Positions 1 to 14,501 of a DNA stretch of 64,000 bases are shown here, one piece after another. Each line of letters starts with the position of its first letter. Position 1 is the stretch's first letter. The position numbers were made by a program, and so were the translations under genes. The notes beneath the pieces are model-generated. The model was not told where the DNA came from. It ran no database searches and worked only from the letters and a program-made list of their open reading frames with translations. Source of the DNA: Octopus vulgaris (lineage: Eukaryota); the NCBI GenBank assembly GCA_951406725.2, contig OX597816.1, forward strand, positions 93,186,001 through 93,250,000, read 5' to 3'.

Positions 1-366
1 TATGACACTGACTACTCCAAGCGAGGAGAGAGAACCTTCACCATTTGGATGTTTGATGTGTTGGCTCATTGCTGCTACTAACTCTTACACCAAGATGTGT
101 GGAGTTGCTGCTGCTAACTCCTACACCAACGTATGGGGAGTTGTTGCACCTGATAACTCAACCTCTAGACTATCCAAAATGGCAGGATCTATGCAAATAC
201 ATATTTATTTGATGGTATTCTTGTGAAGAAACATCTTTATATCTGAAATGTAATGGTTTTTCAAACTTTGTGCATTGTAAGATTTTCTTATTTCTCATTT
301 CATTCATTTTTCTAATTCTGTACTAATTACTTCAAGTGAACTACACTTTTCTTTCATATATATATA

Positions 367-1575
367 TTGGGTCATCCCATAAATAATGTGATTTTTTCAA
401 TTGCATGAACTAAAAGTGAGAGGGGATGGAATAAACTACCTGCATCAACTCACTATAAAAGCAGGTAGTAATATTACCTTGTACTTATTCTAAGGGCAAG
501 TTTTGAAAAGTACAATTCGATTTTAACAGTTATTTTTTTAAAGCTATAATGGAAGTGACATAGGAGCATATTCGGCGTATTTTGCTTTATGAGTTCAATA
601 AAGGCAACAATGCAATGGAAAGGGCAAGGAATATTAATACAGTATATAGGGATTGGACAATAAACATAAGCCAATGTCAAAAAAGAGTTCCAGAAATTCT
701 GAGCTGGAAGCTACTTCCCTTAAGATGAGCCTTGTCCTGGAAGATCTGTAGAGCTTGATGAGAACGTCCTGCAAAGCTTGGTGGAACAAAATCTCATCTT
801 AACTGTTGAGGAACTATTAGAGAAGCTTGGATTTGGTCATTCAACCATTCATCAACACCTGCATGCTATTAGAAAAGTCAACCAATTGGATCAATAGATT
901 CCCCACAAACTTTCCAAGACTAATCGCTGTAACATTGCATGAATGAACCTTTTTTGGACCAAATAGTGACTGGTGATGTGAAATGGATTCCCTACAAAAA
1001 TGTCAAGCACCAAAGACTGAGCACCTTAAGCTAAAGAAGGTCTTCACCCATGTAAGGTGTTGTTATATGTTTGGTGGGATATGAAAGGTTTAGTCCACTT
1101 TGAACTTTTAAACCCAAACCAAACAATAACAAAGGAGATCTTCTGAAAGTAGTTTGAGTGGCTTAAGTCAGTCCTAGAAGAAAAACAACTTTCTTTGGTT
1201 TTAAGATGAAATATGTTCTTCCATCAGGATAGTGCTCAGTTACATACTGGAGCAGTTTAAATGGGAAACAATGCCTCACTTGCCATATTTGCTGGACACT
1301 GCCCATCAAAGTATCATTTATTCCTCAGTCTTCAAAATCATTTGGAAGGAAAAAATATGACTTCTGTAGACGAGGTCAGAACAGTATTAGAGGAGTATTT
1401 TTCGTCACATACAAGTGAATTTTTGAAGAGGGGCCTTGCAGGTCTACCAGATAGATGGAAGAGCATTGTACAAAATGAAGGAGAGTATATTTTAAATTAA
1501 AAAAGAACATTGTTTATCATAATTTTGAAAAATAAAATAAGTATGAAAAAAGACATTATTTATGGGATGACACAA
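367..1575 (+). mobile_element. Mariner (Tc1/mariner) DNA transposon, full length, decayed
   Basis: TIRs TTGGGTCATCCCATAAATAATG (367) and CATTATTTATGGGATGACACAA (ends 1575), one mismatch, each flanked by TA; transposase remnant inside. Confidence 0.93.
549..1500 (+). pseudogene. Mariner transposase pseudogene
   Basis: Starts MEVT*EHIRRILLYEFNKGNNA; IVTGDVKW catalytic-D region; C-terminus YHLFLSLQNHL...LPDRWKSIVQNEGEYILN; several stops and frameshifts. Confidence 0.9.
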
Positions 1576-1586
1576 TATGCATAAAT

Positions 1587-1636
<50 letters not shown>

Positions 1637-1996
1637 AAATCCATTCTCTCTGTCTGTGTGTGTCTTCTAGGATCTTGGGTATCCTCCGTCTGATTGCACT
1701 TAAATTTGATATGTAGATACTGACGGTATCAGGGCGTGTATAAGTCTTGAAAAAATTACAAAATTCGATTCCAGGTGAGAATGCGATCAATAAAGCCGTG
1801 GGAATGTGCATTTGTAAAATCGTTTTTCTCGGAATAGAAAAAAAGTCTATTTCTTTTGCTGGTGTCTCAAATTTAGGTTAAATCGGTGTTTCTCAAAGGG
1901 GAGGCCTATGAGAAGGTCGGACAAGTTGTTTTGAGAAAATTTGGTTTAAATGTTTGACAACTCAGCACCGTCCATTGGACGGAGGGCGTTTTGCTC

Positions 1997-2044
<48 letters not shown>

Positions 2045-2469
2045 ATGTGTGTGAGTGTGTATAGCTCAAACTTACAGCAAACAAAAGATGAAGGCAGGTG
2101 AAGGAATAACAAACAGGTGTATTAGTTTAAAGCTCAGGAAGAAAAAAAAAAGTCTTAGACATTTTGACAGAAAGGATTGAGAGGGAAAAAACAGAAAGAG
2201 AACAAAAAAAAAATGGAGAGAGAAAAAAGTAAGGATTAATGGTTCAACATGATGAAAATATATAAATATAATGATATGTATTAATTGTTTGAAGTGGTGT
2301 ATAAATCATATATGCTATTATGGAAAGCAGGCATTAAATGATGAACAAAGGTAATTAGGATCTGGATAAAAACTATTTATTTAGCACTTTCATCCTTTTC
2401 AGGGGTTCATCATGAATGATTTCTTGTAGAAAATTCATACCTTTATACATGTATGTATATATTCTTTTA

Positions 2470-2838
2470 TCTGTTTCAGTCATTTTGACTGTGGCCATGC
2501 TGGAGCACTGCCTTTATTCGAACAAATTGACTCCAGGACTTTTTCTCTGTAAGCCTAGTAATTATTATATCAGTCTCTTTTGCCAAACTGCTAAGTTTAC
2601 AGGGATGTAAACACACCAACATCGGTTGTCAAACAATGGTGGTGGGGGACAAACTCAGACACACAAACACACACACATGATAGGCTTCTTTCAGTTTCTG
2701 TCTACCAAATCCACTCATAAGGCTTTGGCTGACCTGAGGCTATAGAAGACACTTGTCCAAAGTGCCACGCAATGAGACTGAACCTAGAACCATGTGGTTG
2801 GTAAGCAAGCTACTTACCACACAGTCACTCCTGCGCCT
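2470..2838 (-). mobile_element. tRNA-derived SINE (CORE-like family A)
   Basis: Minus strand begins AGGCGCAGGAGTGACTGTGTGGTAAG (tRNA-like head) followed by GGCACTTTGGACAAGTGTCTT; homologous copies at 27243, 36060, 40283 and 46325. Confidence 0.8.
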
Positions 2839-2849
2839 ATATATGTGTT

Positions 2850-2885
<36 letters not shown>

Positions 2886-4042
2886 AGGTGTTTTGCTATA
2901 GAGGAGATGCATCCCTACCAGATATATTATAATGGTGAGAGTAACTGGGAAGAAGATAAAGATGATAGTGACAAGGCACCAGAGCAAACTCACAAGGTAG
3001 ATGAAGGTGAATAGAAGAGAGGATACAAATAGTGGATAAGCGTTGGTGGGGAGGTTTGTGATTTCATAAGAATGTGACCAGATGGTTAGAGGAGGAGAAA
3101 GAAGGAGAGATCAGAAAGTTTGGGGATGATATGCAAAGTGTAAGAGTGATAGGGAGGGAGAAGCAGAAGTACATAAGAGATGCTGTAATGAGTGAGGTAT
3201 GATGGCAGGTGTGAAACAGTATAGAGCATGACAGTATAGAGATATAAGACGTGTTATAGATGAAGTATGGCAAAGGTGAAGGAGAGATAGATGTGGACAC
3301 AGGAGATGATTGGTAAAAACAGTGTGGGAAGGGATGATAATGAGAATGAGGGCTGGATGTTAAAAGGAAGTGGTTTCAGGTGGTGGTGGTGGAGGAGGAG
3401 GAGGGAGTTAACTAGTTGTAAAAAGAATGGGGGCTTGAAATATGAGCTAATTCTGCTCTCAAGTGATTACAGCAGGCTAGCAGCACCACAGATAGAAGAT
3501 TGATGGAGGGATGGGTGTTAATGGGATGAGATGTGGAGAATGCTTAATGGGGTAGAATGAATGCAGGTACAGGGGAAGCCTACATGTACATATGCTTGAT
3601 AATGCTTAAATATTACTGGGAAGCAAGTTTTATTTTGTTGATCAGATAGATGATATTATAGATGATAGATGATTAAAATGTGGCTTTCTAACCTGGCTCT
3701 CTTCAATCAGGATTCCAATTGAGTTCATTTATCTTTGAATAATAAGGAACTGGTTTTTCTTTCTCCTTAAAACAAAATAGGATTTATTCTGTTTTGTTTG
3801 CAAAGTAAAGAATATAACACTACTTTTCTAGTCTCAGTTTTCTTGGTTGAGAAAAATATATCTGTCTTACCTATGTTACAATAAGAATAGTATTTAAAAA
3901 AAAGAGAAAATTGGTTATAAAATGTCTAAATTAGCTAAGAACTTAATTGATCCAATTAAATTGCACACAAGCTGTTTACACCTGAACTTGTCTTCCTATA
4001 TATGGAAAATAAACATTAAATGATAAATTGTTGTTTTTTTCT

Positions 4043-4760
4043 GCTGGTGGTGGTGGTGGTGGTGGTGGTGGTGGCAGCATCGGCACTGGCAATGGCAGCA
4101 GCTGTGGTGGTAGTGGTGGTGGAGGGAGTAGCAGCAGCGGTGGTGGCAGTGTTGAGGATGACAATGATGATGTTGATGCCAATGATGACAAAAATGATTG
4201 TAATGGTAATGATGAAAATGGTGATGTTAATTATGATAAAGCTAGGAATCAGGCAAAGTCATTATTCTTTACTGTCTATATTTGAAGAACATGGCTGAAG
4301 ATGGCATGTGGGTGGAGGAGATGAAGTATAGTTCAGATCATAACCAGAATCTCTAACCTTTGTCTAAAGTAGCAGACTTTTCATTCAGGTAGCTGAAGAA
4401 CTTTCTTATCAGGTAAATGCAGGCGTCTGGAACCTCTGCATTAATCAGCACTGTCTACAGCAAGGTAGATGACAATGATGACTAAGATGATGATGATGAT
4501 GAGGTGCCACTGACAATGATAACAAAGATGAAGACGGTGATGATGATGAGACTAATCACATCAATGATGGCAGGAGTGGTGGCAGTATTGATAGTAGCAA
4601 TACTGCTGCTAATGATGATCATGAATGATGATGAATGATGATGAATGATGATGAAGATGGTGATGATGGTCATGGTCATCATCACGAGCAAGATAATGCT
4701 GCTTGTGGTAGTAGTGATTGTGGGCTTAGTAGTATCGGTGATGATGATAATGGTGAGAAT
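4043..4760. repeat. Degenerate (GGT)n/(GAT)n trinucleotide low-complexity tracts
   Basis: Directly visible; accounts for the poly-V, poly-G and poly-P ORFs. Confidence 0.85.
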
Positions 4761-5267
4761 TTAATTAATATTGATACGAATTTGAAGACATCTTGGATTC
4801 AATAATTGTACTCACAATGCATTGAGATCATTGCCAATGATTGCAACTAACAATGGACTGCACTTTTATCCTTAGTTAAAAACTGATATCAAGATAAGAG
4901 CCATACTTCAAAATATTATTTCCATTTATCAGTTTCATAACTATACATCCTCTCTTATTTGACCTCATTCTTTTCCTATTAAATTTTGTGCTAATCAATA
5001 TTGTTTTATTGTAAGCCAGTGGCTGCAATAGCTGTGTGCTGTTTTACATGTTACATTGATATAAATTCACAAATCAGAAATAGATAAAAATATACTTGAT
5101 TGAATTGTCCTGATTATATGACTGGCAGTTACTTTATGTAGGTGTATACATAGCTGCTTGGTTATAAAAGTATGCTGAATTAAAGACTTTATATATATAT
5201 ATGGTATTAAGCCTCATTCACTTATAGTCTGATTCCAAACCCTACTGGGATTATAATTAAAATAATA

Positions 5268-6052
5268 ATCGTGATCTGCTATACAGGAAGAGAAGACATG
5301 GAGGAAGAGGACTGATAAGTGTGGAAGACTGCATGTGTATTGAGCTCAAGAGCTTAATGAGTTACCTTGCCCAAAGTAAGGAAACCTTGCTAAAGACAGT
5401 TAGGAACAAGGGAGTGCTGAAAGCAGAGAAAAAAGGAAAAACAAAGGAAGAAGTACAAAAAGGACATGAAGAAGAATTACACAAGAAGGAACTACACAAT
5501 CAATTCCTTATAATCACAACAGAAGTTGCTGGAAAAATAGGTGGGGTTGGGTGAAGAAAGGAACACTAAAAACAGAGACTGAGAACACTATACTGGCAGC
5601 ACAAGACCAAGCTTTGGCCATGAACTGGAGGGTCAACCTTAGGAATGAGCAATGTCTCTGCAGTGCTACATCTGCAATAGAGTGGATGAAACCATTGCCC
5701 ATATCACAAACAAATGTCCTAGACTTGCCCCAAACCACTACAAGTTGTGGTGACACTACCAGGTAGTGTAAGTGCTACAATGGAAACTGTGTGAAAAGTG
5801 GGGGCTAGCGAGAGGCAAGTCATGGTATGAGCACAAACCGCAGAGAGTGGCAGAGTCAGAGACCAGCAAAATCCTCTGGGATTTCTCAATCCAAACAGAT
5901 CAGATGCTAGTGCATAACAGACTGGTCCTAGTGGTGATGAACAAGGTGCACCACATATGCTATATAGTTAATGTTGCATGTCCCTTTAATCCACAAATAG
6001 TCAAGAAGGAAGACAGAAAGATAAATACAACCCTCTTAAGTACGAAATAGCC
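5268..6052 (+). mobile_element. R4/Dong-clade (RLE-type) non-LTR retrotransposon fragment, decayed
   Basis: Frameshifted motifs GGRGLISVED, LKTETENTILAAQDQAL, ETIAHI..KC, WYEHKP and KILWDFSIQTDQMLVHNR, typical of the R4/Dong C-terminal zinc-knuckle and RLE region. Confidence 0.82.
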
Positions 6053-6916
6053 CAGCTTCTATCTAACAAATCTACTTGCAATGTTTTGGCTGGCCTGGAG
6101 CTAAAGTAGAAGATGCTTGCCCAAGGTGCCTCATAATGAGACTGAACCTGAAACAATGTAGTTGAGAAGTAAACATCTTAACCATACCAATCATACAATT
6201 AAATCAACTATAATTATCCTTTTCTGATTTGTGACTTTGTAGTAATGTAACACACAAAATAACAAAGTCACTGGAACAAGTAAATCCATGAGTATGAGAA
6301 ATTTTAAATTGCAAGGCAACACTTTTAACTTTTAATTACTGCTAAGATTAAATTCAGCCTTCAGCTTATCAGATTTGGTAAAATAAGTAGCAGTGATATA
6401 CTAAGAAGGCCAAGTTAATCTACTTACAAAACTATGCCTAGAGGAAAATATCCAGGTATGTCTGCTGCATGAAAACTTAATAGTAAAGTGCATACTTGAT
6501 TTGATAAGCCAAGAAGTTTTAACTAATAAAATTTTTCTGATCAAGCAAAAATTGCTCTGAATGAAATTAATGCTGATTTATTTTCACTGGATAGCTTTAT
6601 ATTTCAAGATAAAAATGGAAAATTTTGCTGTTCATCATCTTCTCAAGGGCAATTTTTAAATACATTTACTCAAAAAGAAAGATAGAGGCCATGTTTTTTC
6701 ACAAGGCCTCCAAGATTGATGGCAAAGAGGTAGAAGGATATCCTGAAACAGGAGAATTAGTCTAAATGTTTGTAACTGAATGGACTCTTCTAAAGACAGT
6801 GAAGTGGTATTAAACCAGATAACAGATAAGTCTGACATCCAAGTTGGCCATGGCAGAATTTGGATTAAGAACAGTAAAAGACAGAGCAAAAACGGTAAGG
6901 CATCCATCCATCCATT

Positions 6917-6990
6917 AATACATACATACATACATACATACATACATACATACATACATACATACATACATACATACATACATACATACA
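6917..6990. repeat. (ACAT)n microsatellite
   Basis: Directly visible. Confidence 0.95.
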
Positions 6991-8825
6991 AGTGGCACAG
7001 TGAAGATTTGTAAGACATTCCAAAAATTCTCCATCTCAGATTCTTATGTGAATAGATGCACACACTTGGATGTATGCATCAATAGTTCAACCAACACACA
7101 AACTCAACTACATACTAACAAGCAGCAGGAATTCTCTTAACTCAAAAAGTCTTGTTGTTTTGTTAGCAACCAGCTTGAACTCTTTGAAGAACTTAAATTA
7201 AACTCTAAGGATGTATATATGTATGCATGTATGTATATGTGTAGGCTGTTTACAAGTAGGTAAATAGGTTGGTTGGTTAGTCACTTGCTCACTTGAGGTA
7301 GGTAGGTAGGTAGGTAGGTAAGAATACCTGTACAAACAGTGGTGGACAAAACTGAAGAACCTATGCTCTTTGAGCAAAGCACTTTGTTATATTTGTTCTG
7401 TACCAAATTACAAACAATCAGTTGTCACTCTCACCATCAGATAAAAAGTGAGCCAATCTTTGGCTCACTGAAACTCAGTAACCAGCAACACTATTCTTCA
7501 CCAATTGCTATATTAAGTAAAAATAAATTTATAGTAGATTTATAGTAGAAATAAAATGACATGATGGGGCATATACTGCTGTTTGAAAGACATCACCAAT
7601 ATAAGTAAAGTAAAAGTTATTACAATCATATATCAAAACCAGTCCATGGATTAAGTTCACTGGGAGTTTACTTTCTCTATTTAATGGTACTAATCTTGTA
7701 AATAAATCAATATTGTTTTGTTTCATGTGTGCATGTATGTGCATATATGATATGTGTGCATAAGTATGTCTGTGTATATGAATGTGTGTATGTATATATT
7801 TGCAAAATTCTTTATAAGTTCATTTTATTCTGTAGCTAAAATATTTCGAATGAATTTATAGTTTATAGCTTCAATTCGAAAATAATCTTTAATTTCCCAA
7901 TTAAAAACTATACATAAAACTCTACTATTAATTTATCATTTATGACAGCTGCCATAAATTTCAGATATTGGGGATATGAGAAAAAAAATTGCTTCACTTC
8001 CATCAATATGTGATTTCAGATTTTAACTATTGAGGTTATCTACATATATCTGATTCTACGGCTGGCTGATTTAGTAGTAAAGTCATTGATAACCAGATAT
8101 ATGACAAAAGCTGTGTGTTTTTAGTTTGTTTTTTTTTCTTTGGGCAGAAAGATCACAGTTAATTTGATTTGGTGCCCTTTCCATGATGTAATTGTATATG
8201 AATTATAATGAAAGTGTATTGAAAGTATGAACAGCAGTGAACAGAAGTTGCTCCAATCGTTTTTCAATTACCACAGTACATTTCTCAGATTAGTGGTAAT
8301 GCAATTGTTTTACTCATTATAGGAGTTTAGCATAGTACTTGCAAGTTAATTAAATGATAATTAATTGCACAATACTTTTCCCTATTTACTGATATGAATT
8401 GAACTCTTACATGTACCTATAAACAAGTGAACTTGGCTAATGAAATATGACTGTTTTTACAAATGACTTATTAGAGCAATGAGGATGGATATAAACTGTT
8501 ATATTGCCTGTTATTCATCTAGTAGTTTAATAATATAATCACAAGTAGCTTTGATGATGACCAATAGGGAAAACTGTTATGTGGTCACAATATCTGCTCA
8601 AAGTAGCTGAAAAATTTTTCTCAAACCATGCACTGTCATCTTTCGAAAGAGTAGGTCACTTTCAACAATATAGTCCTGAATACATGCTCAGAACATAAAA
8701 TGAAATAGTCATGGTTGGAATGTTTTGATCATTAGTCTTGTTGATCAGAGCTGTCTCAGGGTTAAACAACAACAAATCAATGATTCCAAGTGAGTGTTTC
8801 ACCTCTCAACGTATTTACCTGATTA

Positions 8826-9012
8826 AGGCATCAAGCTGGCAGAATCATTAGCACACTGGCCGAAATGCTTATCAGCATTTCGTCCGTCTTCATGTTCTGA
8901 GTTCAAATTCTGCTGAGGGTCAATAGAATAGGTACCACTTGAGCACTGAGGTCAATGTAATCAACTTACACCCTCCCTCAAAATTGCTGCCTTTGTGCCA
9001 AAATTAGAAACC
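8826..9012 (+). mobile_element. SINE family B
   Basis: GGCAGAATCATTAGCAC...GAGTTCAAATTC (B-box-like); homologs at 30450, 32010 and 49600-50030. Confidence 0.75.
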
Positions 9013-9082
9013 TGACAATACATTTACATAAGCTGAAAATATTGCTTGGTTAGTATCCAAACTTAATGTCCAGATGATCACT

Positions 9083-9111
9083 TAGATAGATAAATAGATA
9101 GATAGATAGAC

Positions 9112-9196
<85 letters not shown>
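9083..9196. repeat. (GATA)n microsatellite
   Basis: Directly visible. Confidence 0.95.
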
Positions 9197-9673
9197 TGTA
9201 TGAATGTATATACATGCATACATACATGTGTATATACACATGCACAAACAAACACACATATGTATGTATATAATTTGCTTGGGTAGTTTACTGCAACTGA
9301 TGGCTGTTTAATCTACTAATAGAAGAATGCCATGAAACATAGCAGCAACAGCTGAAACATGCAAAACCAAGAAGAATAAGAAATACCATTCTCATAAATT
9401 CCACATCAATATATCTAGCTGAAATATTAGAACAACATTGGACTAAAGAAATAGTAACAGACCAGTTAGGCTCTCTACTAGCCCTACTCAAAAATTTTGC
9501 AAATGTTCTGTCAATGTCATTGCACAGGTAGAAATTCATTTCTCTGCTGAAAGAAGATGTAAGGCAGAATGATATATATTTTTATAAGACAACTTTGAAA
9601 TTGTGAGGTGTGCTTCAGATATTACCTTGTAATAAAACCTGAGCTTGTACAAGGGCTCAAAGAGCAACCTTAA

Positions 9674-9871
9674 CTCTTTAGCATTCAAATTATTCAATTA
9701 AATGTAATGCTTATTGATTCACATTTTCAAAAATTTGCCATATGTTACCTTGTAACCTCAAGATTTTGAAGACATGATTGTTAGTACGTGTGAGAGACCA
9801 GATCTGGCTGATTTGAACATGATACTGGTAGAATATTTGGGCCAAATATGACTGGTTTAAATGCTTTAAGG
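9674..9871. mobile_element. Old piggyBac-type MITE
   Basis: TTAA|CTCTTTAGCATT ... AATGCTTTAAGG|TTAA: degenerate TIRs with TTAA on both sides. Confidence 0.6.
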
Positions 9872-10014
9872 TTAATGAGTACCAGACAGACTAATAGCAT
9901 TGCTCTGTTCTTTCAGTAGAGGCCGTTACTTTTATCTACCATGATCTAACCTGGGATTCCTTTGATGGGAAATTGCTCAACCTCACTCTTCTACTTCAGG
10001 AAGCTATTATAGTA

Positions 10015-10260
10015 GACATCTGTTAGTCTTGAAAAACCAAGGATCTGTGCCCAAATCATGTCAGTTGCTGATAGTCGTGTGGCATCTACTGTGGCTGCAG
10101 AGGCCCACACAGGAGTGGTAGTCATGCATACAGTGACTGCATTTGAAAGAGCTCTCTGCCAGCACTACTGGTTTTTCCTTAGGAAAGCTATTACCTTCAT
10201 TAATGGAAAAAGGCTTCAATCTCTGACTGAAGTCAGATTATATAAGGGTTTATAAAAAGT
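10015..10260 (-). mobile_element. RTE-type LINE 3' end remnant
   Basis: Minus strand reads SSFKCSHCMHDYHSCVGLCSHSRCH, resembling the terminal C2H2 motif (CxxC..SRIGL.SH) of RTE/BovB-like ORFs. Confidence 0.55.
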
Positions 10261-11852
10261 GTGATGTTGCTTTGTAGCAAAACATAAATACAGAATACAA
10301 AGGATGTACAAAAGCTGGAAATATGTAAAGTAAGCATGCTCTACTGGATGTGTAATATCAGTATGCATGAATCAGGAAACACTAGAATGCAGAAAGAATG
10401 ACTAATGATAGGATGTAATGTATAAGAGGGAAGACTGGGCTGGCATAGATGTGTGATGTGAAAAGAGGTGATTATAGTGATCGTGATGAAAAGAGCTTGA
10501 AGAAGTGGACAACCAATTAAAATATGGAAAGAAGTTGCAAAATTTGATCTTGGGAGGTTAAATCTCCAATGGAAATGTAAAAGATCTACAAAAAGTGATG
10601 AAATTCTGTGATGGAGGGTACTTAGTAAATATATGTAAAATAAGCACAGGAAATTTAATGTAAAATGCTGATGATGATGACAATGATGTATGAGTAGTGG
10701 ATGTGAGTGGTATGTATAGGTAGGTATGTGGGTAGGTAGGTAGACAGACAAACAGACAGATAGATAGACAGATAGATATTACAATTAAGAAATGTAGGTT
10801 TTGAACTCATATCACAGCATTTTATATTGCCCTAAAGGAGTAACATATTAATATCAACCACAGCAGGATTTTATATTAAGAGTTGTAAATTTCCGAGCAG
10901 CAATATTATCCAGTTCATTCCAATATCTTCTTTTAGTGTGAGTAAATTTAGTTATTAAGTATTTCTATTGAAAATGCATGAGCTAACAGTATGATACTAA
11001 GAATTTAGCTTCAATGTCTTTATAGAAGCTCATCGCGTCTGACATGTTTTGATCATCTACTCAGAACACTAATCACTAACTTAAAATGAAAAAGGAAAAG
11101 AAAATAAAGAGACCAAGAAAAAAAAAGGTGGGGGGGAGAAAAAGAAAAAGTTTCAGCTGGTTTAGTTGTTAACCATTTCCTTTAGTTCTGAATGGTTAAT
11201 CACAATCCTGACACTTCTAGAGCAGTGCTTTACAACTGAATATCTACTCTTAAATGGTAACATTTGAGGTGTCTTGTAGATATTTCAACCAAGGGTACAC
11301 TCTTTGTATAGAATTCAGAGTTAACACTCCTGACTAATATGAACTTAATTCAATGTATCAGAAGCGGTCACTGTCAATGTTGCAAGACAATGAATGTGGG
11401 AGAAAATTAAACTAAGAAACATTTAGAAGGGAATAAGAGAAATCAATGAACATTAAAATGTAGGTAATCTAAAATAACCTCAGAAATGCTTTAGAAATGG
11501 AATGAAGATGTTTAAGATATTAAATGCAGAAGATAAGTGTCCTTGCTGATTTCACTTACTCACTATGGGGAACATTTATATATTTCTTTTATTTCCATAT
11601 AGAATTTCCAAAACAACAAAACAAAAAAAAAACAAAAAAAATAGAATAAAATTCTGCAAAAAGCAGATAAAATTTATTAATATAGGTCGCTTTCGTTGGG
11701 AAGTTGTCTTGTCTTGTTTATTTGTGTAAGTTGCTTTGCTACTACTACTACTACTACTACAACTATTACTACTACAGCTACTACTGCTAATGCTACCACT
11801 ACCACCATCAACAAAAACAACAAGACCTCCACCACTGTCGGCATCATCATCG

Positions 11853-11887
<35 letters not shown>

Positions 11888-12171
11888 GTTATTATTATTA
11901 GTTTTTGCTTTTACTTGTACTAAATGAGATTTGGGAATTAAAAGAAAATAGATTTCATTGATGGAAGTTTAACTTTGGGATATATCTTGAAATATTTTAT
12001 TGATGTTTGGCTGGTCTCTTATGATTTACTTCCTTTATCAACAACAAAACCATTGAATGACAAAGAAAGTCAAATAAATAAACTAATGACAACAACACTG
12101 AATGAAAAATGAAATGTCTGATGCATACACACACATATACGAGTATGTATGTATGTATCTATCTATGTATC

Positions 12172-12237
<66 letters not shown>

Positions 12238-12477
12238 AAGTATTATTACCATTATTTATAGTAATAATAAGGAGGCTAGCAAGTTCCCACCATTACAGGC
12301 ACAATATAAGGTAAATTAAGATTCAATAGGGTATATAATACCACATGCTAAAATCAGAGGCAATGCTCTAAAAACCAACATAAAACTCACAATTAAGATA
12401 CATACGAGCAATGCAATGATCATGAGAAGTAGGCTTACCTATATATATATGTGTGTGTGTGTGAGCATGTATATATA

Positions 12478-12567
12478 TACACACACACACATACACACAT
12501 ACATACATACATACATACATACATACATACATACATACATACATACATACATACATACATACATACA

Positions 12568-12599
<32 letters not shown>

Positions 12600-12600
12600 C
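12478..12600. repeat. (CA)n/(ACAT)n microsatellite
   Basis: Directly visible. Confidence 0.95.
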
Positions 12601-13721
12601 AGTCTGCAGTCTGCATGATTGATGAACTTTATTTGACAGAAACTTTTTAATGTATTCTGTTTACAATAATCACATCAACAATTAAACCATCTTTTCTTTA
12701 GACCTGACAATAGTTTCAAATACGTATATATATATATATATAATTATTTATTTGTAGCATTTTGTTTTAGTCAATTTGTTTTTAATAACAATATTAGTTA
12801 TTTATTCAACAGTGGTTGTAATATATATTGAAAATAATTGCATTTACTATTCTAAGCAAGTTTGAAAGTTAAGTAAGCATGAAAATAACTAGCCTAATTA
12901 ATAAAATGTGTTATTGGTAGACTAATAAATAGCTAAAGTTAGATTTTAGATTCAAAAGTTAAAAAACATAAACCCAAATATATAAAAGAAATGCAAATTA
13001 AAATGGAACATTTTAGTCTGTAATGAAATTTCATTATTCAAAATATTTTAAGTGTTTTTTTCCATAATGATGAGTTACTTTTATTTTTGTTTCTTTCTTT
13101 TTAATTCTAGGTTATTAAAATATCTTTGTTGATTAATTTTAAGAATTTTACAGGTTTTTGGAGCCTCTCTTCAAACAGAAATTTTCCTCAACTGTCAAAT
13201 AATTTCAGAACTGTTATTCTAATTTTAATAAAGTCACTGATCTAATAACAGACTTTAGATTCTGGTATCATTTGTCTCTTGGAGAAAAGATAAAAAATAC
13301 ATTTTATTACCTATGGAAATATTTAATATTAGCTCTACTAAATTTGCATGAAGTAGCTGCCAAATATTTCTATCATTATGCCTTACTGTCTTGAAAATTG
13401 GAATGAAATAGGTAAAATTTAGATAAAGATATACAACTCCCCACCCAAAAAAAGCCTAAACAACAACAGGCAGTATCTAAGAATCAAGATATAATTTGAA
13501 TACAAAGTTTAATATCATTTCAAGGAATAAATAATATTGCCATTCTAAAAGTTTTGTAAGTGAAATAGATTGTTACAAGTGATCTGATATAGTTGAATTG
13601 ATAAATATAATAGAATTGATATTACATGGAAGGTGGAAAAATTCATAAAGCTGGGAGTGTGTTGCACAGAACCTCTCAATTCCTTTGACTTCCAGCCATC
13701 TGACATATATATATATATATA

Positions 13722-14049
13722 TGGAGATGTACTTGCATAGCACGTGACCTGATCTGAGATCATGTGCTGGAACGAAAACAGTTGCAGCATGTAAGGTGTT
13801 TATAAGCCATTTAAGAAACATGCAAAAACCGTTAGATTCACTTCAACATTTAAATTTAATTTGTCAAAATATTTTTGTCGCTTTGAGACTGCAACCTGTT
13901 CACTGATGCAGCACGAAGTTTTGTCTGTGAACAGGTCATGGTCTCAAAGCGACGAAAATATTTTGACAAATTAAATTTAAATGTTGAAGTGAACCTAACG
14001 GTTTTTGCATGTTTCTTAAATGGCTTATAAACACCTTCCATGCTGCAAT

Positions 14050-14055
<6 letters not shown>
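13722..14055. mobile_element. Fold-back element between TA tracts, probably Penelope pLTR-derived
   Basis: 13775-13904 is the reverse complement of about 13923-14055; the unpaired left tip 13722-13774 has its complement at about 15882-15935. Confidence 0.75.
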
Positions 14056-14089
<34 letters not shown>

Positions 14090-14501
14090 CACCATCTGAC
14101 CATATGTATGTGTGGTCAGGTGATTGGGTCTAAAGGACAACTTTGGTTACAACATGTCTCTGATTCTTATACATTCTCATAGCCAGTATTGGCTATAAAC
14201 TAATTAAGATAAGTATTCTGAAATAGTAGAATCATCTGATCTCTTTGCTTCTTGTATGCCTGTTAAGGACATTCCTTCAAGTTTCTTTATAAATTCAAAT
14301 GTTACTTTTTAAAATACCACTTTTCCAACTAGGTTGGTTGGATTCACAATGAGCAAGATATTATCTCAGCTGTTTATACTTGTTTAAAATTTTACTTGAA
14401 GATGGTGGATTATATACTGTGGTATAATCTATGATTACATCAATAAAATTCTACTGAAGCAGCTGTCATAAATTTCAAACCCCATTTGTGTTCTTTTTCA
14501 T

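Noticed and set aside
2885-3580. Purine-rich block, possible old Penelope remnant
   Set aside because: No convincing protein motif recoverable by eye.
3976-4298. Gly/Ser/Asp-rich and poly-Pro ORFs
   Set aside because: Trinucleotide low-complexity sequence typical of the whole window.
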